Assembly: GCA_002869925.2 (NCBI GenBank)
Contig: NEWT02000035.1
Span: 587,442-651,441 of the forward strand
DNA length: 64,000 nucleotides
Direction of reading: 5' to 3'
Origin: Nitrospira sp. CG24A
GTDB taxonomy: Bacteria > Nitrospirota > Nitrospiria > Nitrospirales > Nitrospiraceae
The translations under genes and the position numbers were made by a program. Below the pieces are notes generated by a model. The model had not been told where the DNA came from and made no database searches. It was given only the letters and a program-made list of their open reading frames with translations. This document shows positions 37,802 through 45,904 of this stretch, in pieces. How positions within the stretch are numbered: position 1 is the stretch's first letter; each line of letters opens with the position of its first letter.

Positions 37802-38989
37802 ATGCCGTTTCAGAATTTTATTCCCCCACGCAGGCTGCTCCTTGGACCCGGGCCAAGCATGGTGCATCCGCGAGTCCTGCGTGCGCTCTCGACCCCTCTG
37901 CTTGGACATCTAGATCCGGCCTTTCTCGCACTCATGGATGATATCCAAACCTTACTGCGGGTTGTCTTTCAGACCAAGAATCGCTTCACCATCGCGGTGT
38001 CCGGCACCGGCTCAGCTGGGATGGAAGCGTCGATCGCGAATATTGTTGAGCCGGGCGATACCGTGATTGTCGGAGTCAATGGCGTATTCGGCACACGCCT
38101 CGCCAGTATGGTGGAACGATGCGGCGGCAAAGCCATTCGCGTGGAAGCTCCTTGGGGACAGATCGTAGAACCGGACGCGATAGACACGGCATTACGCCGA
38201 TCCGGCCCGGTCAAAGCGGTGGCTATCGTGCACGCCGAAACCTCAACCGGCGTCTGGCAACCGCTTGAACCGATCGCCCACCTATGTCGCACCCATGACA
38301 CGCTCTTCATCGTCGATGCTGTCACCTCGATGGGAGGCGCACCGCTCGAGATCGATCGTTGGGGCATCGATGTCTGCTATAGCGCCACGCAGAAATGTTT
38401 AAGCTGCCCGCCTGGATTGTCACCCTTCACACTCAGCGACCGCGCCTTCGCAGCCATCAAGGCCCGGCGAAATCCCTGTCAGAGCTGGTATCTGGACATG
38501 GCCTTGATTGCCGACTACTGGACTGAAGGCGCCAGGGCCTATCATCACACCGCGCCGATCTCCATGCTCTATGGCCTGCGGGAAGCGTTGCGACTCGTCG
38601 AAGAAGAAGGATTGCCTGCCCGCTTCGCTCGCCATCAGCTCAATAGCGACGCCTTGCTCGCGGGTTTGACCGGACTCGGGTTTCCACCACTTCCCCCGGC
38701 AGGGCAGCGGCTCCCGATGTTGACCTGTGTCACAGTCCCCGCGTCCATTCCTGAAACTGAAATACGAGCGAATCTGCTCTCAACCTATGGCATAGAAATC
38801 GGCGGCGGACTGGGACCACTCAAGGGGAAGGTCTGGCGCATCGGCTTGATGGGTGAATCATCGACCGAGGCCCATGTTTTGACTCTGCTCAATGCGCTGG
38901 AAGAACTGTTAATCCGTGGCGGTTGGCTGTCCACTCCGGGTGTTGGACTCCAAGCCGCCGCGCGGATCTATAGCCGTAGAAATTCTTGA
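37802..38989 (+). CDS. Class-V aminotransferase (serine-pyruvate / alanine-glyoxylate type)
   Basis: LLGPGPS...V start pattern. PLP-lysine motif SATQKCL. Length and overall pattern fit the family. Confidence 0.85.
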   Translation: MPFQNFIPPRRLLLGPGPSMVHPRVLRALSTPLLGHLDPAFLALMDDIQTLLRVVFQTKNRFTIAVSGTGSAGMEASIANIVEPGDTVIVGVNGVFGTRLASMVERCGGKAIRVEAPWGQIVEPDAIDTALRRSGPVKAVAIVHAETSTGVWQPLEPIAHLCRTHDTLFIVDAVTSMGGAPLEIDRWGIDVCYSATQKCLSCPPGLSPFTLSDRAFAAIKARRNPCQSWYLDMALIADYWTEGARAYHHTAPISMLYGLREALRLVEEEGLPARFARHQLNSDALLAGLTGLGFPPLPPAGQRLPMLTCVTVPASIPETEIRANLLSTYGIEIGGGLGPLKGKVWRIGLMGESSTEAHVLTLLNALEELLIRGGWLSTPGVGLQAAARIYSRRNS

Positions 38990-39009
38990 CGGTGAGGGAC
39001 GTTGATCGC

Positions 39010-39165
39010 ATGAAGAAGAAACCATCACTCTGGATGCTCGCTCTCGGGGCCTTTGCCCTTATCGCCATGATCGCTTACTTGTTCTTCGCCCTGACGCTGG
39101 CTGATCATATGGAGCCGTATCCTGTTCCTGATAACAAGGCCGCGCCGACAAAGCCGGCGATGTGA
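39010..39165 (+). CDS. 51 aa putative small membrane protein
   Basis: MKKKPSLWMLALGAFALIAMIAYLFFALTL contains one TM segment. Below the ORF-track cutoff. No strong Shine-Dalgarno sequence. Confidence 0.35.
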   Translation: MKKKPSLWMLALGAFALIAMIAYLFFALTLADHMEPYPVPDNKAAPTKPAM

Positions 39166-39199
39166 CGGGCCGCGTGATGGCCCTGTCCTTCGATAGACC

Positions 39200-40414
39200 A
39201 TGATGAAGACTGTTGCCATTCGCTCAATACGCGTCATCGACGGAACCGGTCGCACAATCGAACGGGCCACGGTGGTCGTTCGTGGCGCCACGATTGCCGC
39301 TGTCGGATCGGATCGAGACCTCTCCATCCCGCGCGGGACCACCAAGATCGATGGCCGGGGCCTCACGCTGCTACCGGGCCTGATCGACTGTCATGTGCAT
39401 CTCAGTCTCGGTGCTGAACCGGATGTCGTCGATGCCATCGCCCAAGAGACATCCGCGCTGACTTTACTGAAAGCTGGCCAGGCCGCACGGCGGACCCTGG
39501 AAGCAGGATTTACCACCGTGCGCGACGTAGGATCGCGCGACCACGCCATCTTTATGCTGCAACGGGCTATCGATACAGGACTCGTTCCCGGCCCTCGCAT
39601 TGTCGGCGCAGGCCTGGCGATTTGCATGATCGGCGGCCACGCCAGGTTTATCGGGCAAGAGGTGGAAGGAGTCCAACAAGTACGCGCTGCCGTGCGCGCA
39701 CAAATCGCCGCCGGGGCTGCCGTCATCAAAGTCATTGCGTCAGGCGGCGTCCTCACGCCAGGCACCTCGCCGGACCAAGCGCAAATGACTGTAGACGAAC
39801 TCCAGGCTGCCGTGGACGAAGCGCACCGAGCTGGCCGGAAAGTCGCCGCCCATGCCCATGGATCGTCGGGGATGAAAAATGCCGTCCGCGCGGGAGTCCA
39901 TTCAATCGAGCATGCCACCCTGATGGACGAAGAAGCCGCAGCCATGATGAAACAGCAGGGCGTCTTCATGGTGCCGACGCTCTCTGCGCTCGCCACCACT
40001 GCCGCCTGCCGACTCGGATGCGGCATTCCAGAAAGCGCCTTGGACAAAGCGAAATCCATGACGAAGCGCCACCGAGTGAGCTTCAAGAACGCCCTGCGGG
40101 ACGGGATCCAGATTGCGATGGGAACGGACGCGGGGACGCCTTTTAACTTCCACGGCGAGAATGCCCAGGAGCTTGAGCGGATGGTCGCCTTCGGGATGAG
40201 CCCGATGCAGGCGATCCTGGCCTCGACCTCCGCTGCCGCCAAATTGATCGGGATTCAGGACCAGGTGGGAACGATCGAGAAAGGAAAACGGGCGGATCTT
40301 CTCTTATTCAAAGGCAATCCTCTTCGTCGCATCGACCTGCTCCGCGACCGCAGCAGGATTATCGGAGTGATGCAGGCGGGAAAGTTTGTCGCGGGGCCTC
40401 TTTCAAAGACGTGA
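39200..40414 (+). CDS. Metal-dependent amidohydrolase (imidazolonepropionase / Xaa-Pro dipeptidase-related family)
   Basis: LLPGLIDCHVHL metal-binding HxH, KVIASGGV, VAAHAHG, SIEH, GTDAG. Confidence 0.85.
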   Translation: MMKTVAIRSIRVIDGTGRTIERATVVVRGATIAAVGSDRDLSIPRGTTKIDGRGLTLLPGLIDCHVHLSLGAEPDVVDAIAQETSALTLLKAGQAARRTLEAGFTTVRDVGSRDHAIFMLQRAIDTGLVPGPRIVGAGLAICMIGGHARFIGQEVEGVQQVRAAVRAQIAAGAAVIKVIASGGVLTPGTSPDQAQMTVDELQAAVDEAHRAGRKVAAHAHGSSGMKNAVRAGVHSIEHATLMDEEAAAMMKQQGVFMVPTLSALATTAACRLGCGIPESALDKAKSMTKRHRVSFKNALRDGIQIAMGTDAGTPFNFHGENAQELERMVAFGMSPMQAILASTSAAAKLIGIQDQVGTIEKGKRADLLLFKGNPLRRIDLLRDRSRIIGVMQAGKFVAGPLSKT

Positions 40415-40480
40415 AACGTTATATCCATTAATCGGTACTGAATCGGGATGAATTCGGACCTCGAAGGACCGCTCCCGGCC
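40350..40480 (+). repeat. Left copy of a perfect 131 bp direct repeat (amidohydrolase 3' end plus 66 bp downstream)
   Basis: Identical by direct comparison to 42173-42303. Confidence 0.95.
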
Positions 40481-40630
40481 CAAGTGCAGTCACTGAAGTC
40501 CGAGAAAGCCAGCATGGGTGAGAAGCCGTTCCCCGTTAGAACGCTGTGCTACGCCTTCGATTCAGATACGCTTCAATCCATCAAATGATCGACCTCTTGC
40601 GGAATATACCTGTTCATGTATAATTGAAAA

Positions 40631-41008
40631 GTGGCGAACAATGAAAGGCCGCTCGAATGGATAAGTAGTAGCCATAGGGACCTGATGGCGTTACCTGCCG
40701 AGGTCAGGCGATTCTTCGGGTACGCACTTTTCCTTGCTCAGGCCGGCGATCAACACGATGCAGCGAAGGTGCTCAAAGGCTTTGGCAGCGCCGGAGTGCT
40801 TGAGGTTGTTGAAAACGATCGGAGTGGCACCTATCGTGCCGTGTACACCGTGAAGTTCAAAGAAGCTGTATATGTTCTGCATTGCTTCCAAAAAAAGAGC
40901 ACAAAGGGAATCACAACGTCGAAAGAGGATATCGCCATCATCCGTGCCAGGCTGAAAGTGGCCGAGGCGCTTGCAAAGGATCTACGAAATGAAAAAACGA
41001 GTCATTGA
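40631..41008 (+). CDS. Gp49/DUF891-type RelE-superfamily toxin
   Basis: WISSSHRDLMALPAEVRRFFGYALFLAQAG...GSAGVLEVVENDRSGTYRAVYTVKFKEAVYVLHCFQKKS is typical of phage Gp49-like toxins. GTG start. The 3' end overlaps the antitoxin gene. Confidence 0.75.
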   Translation: MANNERPLEWISSSHRDLMALPAEVRRFFGYALFLAQAGDQHDAAKVLKGFGSAGVLEVVENDRSGTYRAVYTVKFKEAVYVLHCFQKKSTKGITTSKEDIAIIRARLKVAEALAKDLRNEKTSH

Positions 41009-41324
41009 TGGTGTCGAGGTGCAACGCAGCTCTGGCAATGTCTTCGCCGACTTGGGCCTGCCGGATGCCGACAAGCTCAAAATCAAGTCCGGGTTGGTGA
41101 TCGAGATCCGGAAGGCTATACGCCAGCAAGAGCTAACCCAGCAAGAAGCCGCAAAGCGTATGGGGATCACTCAACCTAAGGTATCTGACATGATGCGTGG
41201 AGACTTCTCCAACCTGTCCGAACGCAAACTGATGGATTGCCTGAATCGGCTCGGCTACGACATCGAAATCAAGGTAAGACCGACCTCCGATCCTGTCGGG
41301 CATGTGATGCTGGCAATCGCTTGA
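40989..41324 (+). CDS. XRE-family HTH antitoxin partner
   Basis: The ATG lies 20 nt inside the toxin gene's 3' end. NVFADLGL....L..K..L...I........LTQQEAAKRMGITQPKVSDMMRG fits the antitoxin pattern. Confidence 0.75.
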   Translation: MKKRVIDGVEVQRSSGNVFADLGLPDADKLKIKSGLVIEIRKAIRQQELTQQEAAKRMGITQPKVSDMMRGDFSNLSERKLMDCLNRLGYDIEIKVRPTSDPVGHVMLAIA

Positions 41325-41360
41325 TGTAAGCGGCTCTATGAGGACGGCAACGCGAAAGGC

Positions 41361-41585
41361 GTGCCGCCCGATACCGTGGACAAATTGCGGAAGATGTTCG
41401 CCTACCTCGAAAATATCGAAGACCCGGAAGAATTGCGGGCGCTTTCAGCTTGGAAGGTACACACGTTGACCGGCGATCGTAAAGGCACATGGAGCCTAAG
41501 CGTGACCCACAACCGGCGTCTGACTTTCCGCATTGACGACGCCGAAGGCGAATTCTTCGACGTGAATTTGGAAGACTACCACTAA
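41361..41585 (+). CDS. higB: HigB-family toxin, 5'-truncated (possible pseudogene)
   Basis: The C-terminus ...HTLTGDRKGTWSLSVTHNRRLTFRIDDAEGEFFDVNLEDYH is a HigB signature. HigB homology (CKRLYEDGNAKGVPPD) extends upstream to the antitoxin stop at 41322-41324 with no start codon. About 9 N-terminal codons are missing. Confidence 0.6.
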   Translation: MPPDTVDKLRKMFAYLENIEDPEELRALSAWKVHTLTGDRKGTWSLSVTHNRRLTFRIDDAEGEFFDVNLEDYH

Positions 41586-41603
41586 CGCACAGGAGTACAG
41601 GCT

Positions 41604-41909
41604 GTGCCGATGAAGAACCCACCCCATCCCGGCGATTTTATTCGCACGGAGATCATCGAACCGGCTCAATTGTCTGTCACGGCGGCGGCGGCCGCGCTTC
41701 AGGTGTCCCGCGTGACTCTATCCAGCTTGTTGAACGGTAAAGCCGACCTGTCCGGCGATATAGCGCTTCGCATCGAAAAGGCTTTCGGCGTGAAGATGGA
41801 TACCCTTATGCGGATGCAATCGGCCTACGACATTGCCGAGACCCGCAAGCGCGCGAAGGGAATCCGCGTCAAGCGCGTACAGCGCGCCGCCATAAACCTG
41901 CACCCTTAA
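41604..41909 (+). CDS. higA: HigA-family HTH antitoxin
   Basis: HPGDFIRTEIIEP..LSVTAAAAALQVSRVTLSSLLNGKADLSGDIALRIEKAFG is a HigA/VapI signature. The stop TAA (41907-41909) is the first 3 nt of the family-A element. Confidence 0.8.
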   Translation: MPMKNPPHPGDFIRTEIIEPAQLSVTAAAAALQVSRVTLSSLLNGKADLSGDIALRIEKAFGVKMDTLMRMQSAYDIAETRKRAKGIRVKRVQRAAINLHP

Positions 41910-42033
41910 CCCGCATTATTCATGAGCGCTTCTGCTGCAATCGCCGATCCACTGCTACGACGAGCCTTCGGTCGGCGGGCTCGCGACACGGCTCAGCGAT
42001 TTCGCCACGAACCGTCATGAATAATGCGGGTTA
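41907..42033. repeat. Family-A palindromic (MITE-like) element, short 127 bp copy
   Basis: Terminal inverted repeats TAACCCGCATTATTCATGA / TCATGAATAATGCGGGTTA. The interior matches part of the 193-194 bp copies. Confidence 0.85.
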
Positions 42034-42035
42034 AT

Positions 42036-42303
42036 GCCGCCGTGGCCTCCGTCATTAAAGTCATTGCATCAGGCGGAGGCCTCACGCCCGGCACCTCGCC
42101 GGACCAGGCGCAAATGACTGTAGAGGAACTCCGGGCCGCCGTGGACGAAGCGCAATGACCTACTCCGTGATCGCAGCAGGATTATCGGAGTGATGCAGGC
42201 GGGAAAGTTTGTCGCGGGGCCTCTTTCAAAGACGTGAAACGTTATATCCATTAATCGGTACTGAATCGGGATGAATTCGGACCTCGAAGGACCGCTCCCG
42301 GCC
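42036..42303 (+). pseudogene. Internally deleted duplicate of the amidohydrolase gene
   Basis: 42036-42154 is similar to 39707-39825 with several mismatches. That segment is joined to 42161-42303, which corresponds to 40338-40480 and has its last 131 bp identical. Confidence 0.85.
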
Positions 42304-42423
42304 AAGTTCGGAAGTTCGGCACCGAGATCGCACCGCCGCAAAGCGGTCCTCAGCCCTGTCGCCTTAACGTATTAGGCTCACCCGCTGGCCAGGTGAGTCG
42401 GGTGCAGACGCTGATTATGCACA

Positions 42424-43101
42424 TCAACACTGCCAACCAGAGTCTAGGCCTATGTTGATCCAGTCGAGACGTCCGTTAATAAACCGCGCAGCTATTCCCG
42501 ATCCACGAGCTGCCATCGATTTCCCGTTATAAATACAGAAATCCTTTGGAGCATTCTCGCTACTCTCAGCCCAGTAATACACCAACATACCGTCTTTCGA
42601 GCCGGACGGCTTCCCAAGAATTACCCTCAGTTCTTTCTCCGTCATGCCAATCCGAATACCACTTGCCGTTCGGAAAGCTGAAGGGGCGGCTTTAAGTTCT
42701 TTGCATTGATTCTGAAACGAGACACTGCCGCCAATCAAACGCATATCATCAATAGCCGATCCCATTTCTGAGTTCTGTGCAAGTACGAGCGTGACATTCT
42801 CGCTTCCTTTTTTCGAGAAATAACAAATCTTTTCTTCAGACGCTGCCGCATCTCCTGTGTGCCACCGCTGGGCGTCACCCAGAATCTTATTCGCGTCATC
42901 AAATGTCTTGTCGCCCATTGTGAAACCCATGACGGTTCGGCTGGCGACCGGCAAGGTGCCTGTAACAGACTTTCCATCAACGCCATCAAGACACGGACCA
43001 CCGAATTTGTGGATGTAATCATCGCACGTTGGTCGCTGAAAACCCTCAGCATGCGCGACAGAAAAGGTCAAAAGCATAAATGTAGTTATGACTGCTTTCA
43101 T
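42424..43101 (-). CDS. Secreted hypothetical protein (AT-richer gene)
   Basis: GGAGA Shine-Dalgarno. Signal peptide MKAVITTFMLLTFSVAHA. Several Cys residues. No recognised domain. Confidence 0.6.
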   Translation of the reverse strand: MKAVITTFMLLTFSVAHAEGFQRPTCDDYIHKFGGPCLDGVDGKSVTGTLPVASRTVMGFTMGDKTFDDANKILGDAQRWHTGDAAASEEKICYFSKKGSENVTLVLAQNSEMGSAIDDMRLIGGSVSFQNQCKELKAAPSAFRTASGIRIGMTEKELRVILGKPSGSKDGMLVYYWAESSENAPKDFCIYNGKSMAARGSGIAARFINGRLDWINIGLDSGWQC

Positions 43102-43339
43102 TTGATGTCTCCATCAATAATCGTGAACAATATCCCATCACCGGCAGTGGTGCAATGAGTTACGGCCCATCGACCATTGATCATGGATTCTTATGCGGAT
43201 CGGCGTACGGCCCCCCCCCTTTTCTGGTAGCAGTCGGTCGTGTACTTCGGCTAAGGGTCGTAAAGCGGTCATTGCCTCGGTGACCGGCACGGAAACGGAT
43301 CTGCAGGGTTATTCGCGGCAGGTGAAAACTCGGCGGCGT

Positions 43340-44044
43340 TCAGTCTTCCACGCCTACGCCTCTCACGAGGAGCACTGCATAGTCCTGCTTCGTGCAGCCC
43401 TCGACGGGAGGCATTGCTCCCCCTGGCGCAACGGGAAACGCCGTCTTCTGCGCGTTGGCCGGCGAACACGCACCACCAACCGCCGCCGGGGTATAGCGCG
43501 CGGAGCGGCAGGCCAGGTGCGTCACGTCGTAGAGCGTTGCGCCTTGATCGAGCTCCCAGCGCCTGTCACCATTCTTGTCGGCGGAATGAATGGTCAGCAC
43601 CGCCGTCACCTTGCGGTTACCCGTGACCAGGTATTTGCCGGGAGGGAGTGGAAAGGTCGGCGGCTCCATGATCAAGCCGTGTTCTTCCAGCCACCAGTCC
43701 TTGTCGTCGAATGTCCAGCGCGCCGGGGCGACCCCACCTGCCTCCTTCAACCGTTGATAGCCGTTCAGCTCGACGCCCCGAGGACCCGGGTCCAACGGCC
43801 ACAGACCCCACGATTGCGCGCCGCTCCCGGAGGTCGCACCTGGATCGCCCAACGCCGCGATAAACTGCGTCGCTATGCGCGGGAACTTCGTCTGACCTCC
43901 GCCTGCGGCGTGAACCGGCTGCGCCACGGCGGCGATCATTACCAATAGTACCGTCGCCAGGCATACGAGGCGAATGAGGCGCTGCATGCTCCTCGTGAGC
44001 GACGACAGGGCACCTCGCGGTACTACACGTGTCAGTCCTGTCAT
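43340..44044 (-). CDS. Secreted hypothetical protein
   Basis: Hydrophobic signal LIRLVCLATVLLVMIAAVAQPVHA. Start uncertain (44056, 44044 or 43987). Confidence 0.55.
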   Translation of the reverse strand: MTGLTRVVPRGALSSLTRSMQRLIRLVCLATVLLVMIAAVAQPVHAAGGGQTKFPRIATQFIAALGDPGATSGSGAQSWGLWPLDPGPRGVELNGYQRLKEAGGVAPARWTFDDKDWWLEEHGLIMEPPTFPLPPGKYLVTGNRKVTAVLTIHSADKNGDRRWELDQGATLYDVTHLACRSARYTPAAVGGACSPANAQKTAFPVAPGGAMPPVEGCTKQDYAVLLVRGVGVED

Positions 44045-44065
44045 TTTACTTTTCACCTTTCACGT

Positions 44066-44707
44066 TTAACGCCGCTCATAAAACAGCTCCAGCGCAGAGG
44101 CAAAGCCCTTCGCCCGTCCCTTGCGGAATACATCATCAAGCTGTCCGCGTAGCGATCTGACGCCTCCCTCATCGCCTCGTTTCACCACGCCTTGCGACAA
44201 CAGCATCTCCGTCGCCACTTCAACCAGCCGCTGTTTACGCCCCTCCATCTCAGCCGTGACCAGCTCTTCCATGACCTCCGATGCCCGTTCCAGGATTATT
44301 GCTTCCTTAAACGTATCGTACCCTTGATCCGCCACAGTTCGCTCACGAATCAGGGCAAGTTCGGCTTTGACTCGCTTCACATCTTTCATCAAGACCGCGA
44401 AGACTTCCTTGCGCCCTTCATCGAAGAGCTTCTGCTCCATCTCATCGAGAATGACGGCTGGATCGGCCGCTTCATCACGCGCCGCTTCTTCCCCCCAATT
44501 CAGCCGGTCATAGGTCCGGCGCTTCTCCGGATCACCGACAACTTCGTAGGCCGCATTGAGCTCGCGGATCTTGGGTTCGGCATGCGCACTATCGGGGTTC
44601 CGGTCAGGGTGGTGCTGAAAGACCAACTTTCGATAGGCCTTCTTGATCGCCTCGTCGGACGCATCTCGCGAGACCCCCAGCGCTCGGTAGAAATCAATCC
44701 GTGCCAT
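44066..44707 (-). CDS. J-domain (DnaJ-like) protein
   Basis: [35 protein letters not shown] with the HPD motif. No Gly/Phe or zinc-finger regions follow. Confidence 0.85.
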   Translation of the reverse strand: MARIDFYRALGVSRDASDEAIKKAYRKLVFQHHPDRNPDSAHAEPKIRELNAAYEVVGDPEKRRTYDRLNWGEEAARDEAADPAVILDEMEQKLFDEGRKEVFAVLMKDVKRVKAELALIRERTVADQGYDTFKEAIILERASEVMEELVTAEMEGRKQRLVEVATEMLLSQGVVKRGDEGGVRSLRGQLDDVFRKGRAKGFASALELFYERR

Positions 44708-44736
44708 GGCAAAGGACTATAGCATGGGGCTTTACC

Positions 44737-44929
44737 AGCCCGCATTATTCATGACGGTTCGTCGCGAAATCGCGCAGTCGCGTTGTGAGACGGGCACGCG
44801 GAGCCGTGAGGTCCCGAGGCGTACTTAAACAGTACGTCGAGGGAGCCTTCGGCGAGCCTGCCCGCCGAAGGCTCGTCGCAGCAGCGAATCCGCGATTGCA
44901 GCAGAAGTGCTCGTGAATAATGCGGGCTA
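44737..44929. repeat. Family-A palindromic (MITE-like) element, 193 bp copy
   Basis: AGCCCGCATTATTCATGA ... TCGTGAATAATGCGGGCTA. Lies between divergent genes. Confidence 0.85.
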
Positions 44930-45091
44930 GGCTTCACCCTGACTCCTCCATTGAAAACTTTGCCTGGCGTCCGTGCAACTTCTCCACGAACCATCATCAA
45001 TAATGCATCAATAATGCGAGTTTCCCGTTTCCGAGTCGGAGCCAAACCTACCAGCCCTTGACATCCCGGCAAAGCGGCTTATGTTGGAAGC

Positions 45092-45769
45092 ATGACACAC
45101 ACTCCACCCCCTAAAGCCTTGACCCACGATGAGAAGAAAGCCGCCGATGCCGCGTTTGCAGGCCGCCCGTTCAATGAGGAATGGTCTACATCAGCCCGAA
45201 CGATCTATGACGGTATCGTCAAGGCCTTGCCTCAGGCAGACATCGTGATTCCCGCCTCATCCGATGCCGAAATACCAACGGAGGCTTCTTCAGCACAGAG
45301 CGAGCCTCTGCAAGCTCAGGCCCAAGTACCTCTCACGCTAGAGCATGAAGGTGGGCAAGAATTAGTGGAACAGACGGCACAACCACCGGCCATTCGAGAC
45401 CGTGAAGCGGCGATCCAGGCCGGGATCTTAATCGACGTGACACCCACCGCCCTGAAACTCGGCATTACCTTCCCTGTCACAATCACCCGACCGCTCTGGG
45501 AAGTGGGCATCGTCACAAACCAGGCGCTCTCAGAAGAAGATCAAACCAGCCGGTTGCGCGACATTCTGTTGGCCTTTCGTCTGCGCCTGGCCGGCCTGAC
45601 GACAGTGTCGCCGCTGATCGACTTTCCAGTTCTGCTGGCCTTGCCACCAAGCCAGGTACCGCAACCAGTGCCGTTGTTTGCACTGATCCAGGCGGACCCC
45701 ACACACCAGGCAAATGTAACGCTCTTGCTGCCGAATGAAGTGTCGCTGTCCATCACCTCACTGAATTAG
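45092..45769 (+). CDS. Hypothetical protein
   Basis: Single long ORF with plausible composition. No recognised motif. Confidence 0.5.
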   Translation: MTHTPPPKALTHDEKKAADAAFAGRPFNEEWSTSARTIYDGIVKALPQADIVIPASSDAEIPTEASSAQSEPLQAQAQVPLTLEHEGGQELVEQTAQPPAIRDREAAIQAGILIDVTPTALKLGITFPVTITRPLWEVGIVTNQALSEEDQTSRLRDILLAFRLRLAGLTTVSPLIDFPVLLALPPSQVPQPVPLFALIQADPTHQANVTLLLPNEVSLSITSLN

Positions 45770-45770
45770 G

Positions 45771-45896
45771 CAGGATGCTGAAAAAGCCCGCCAGCTTTGT
45801 TCTCGCCTCGAAAGCATCCTCAACGTAGCCATGAGGCTACGCCTCCGGTGCCTTCATCGGCTGCGGCCTCGCTGGACGACCTTTTTGAGCATCCTG
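45771..45896. repeat. Family-B palindromic (MITE-like) element, 126 bp copy
   Basis: CAGGATGCTGAAAAAGCCCGCCAGC ... GACCTTTTTGAGCATCCTG. Opposite orientation to the 37662-37785 copy. Fills the gap between convergent genes. Confidence 0.85.
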
Positions 45897-45904
45897 CTGG
45901 CTCA

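Noticed and set aside
39391-40242. Long antisense ORFs opposite recognised genes. Examples: 39391-40242(-), 6762-7391(-), 11835-12593(+), 13331-14080(+), 43193-43948(+), 49299-50204(+), 55227-56123(+), 57365-58135(+), 21878-22396(-), 5742-6320(-).
   Set aside because: Each overlaps a gene whose translation carries clear family motifs on the other strand. Their own translations are Arg/Pro/Gly-rich with no motifs, which is typical of shadow ORFs in GC-rich DNA.
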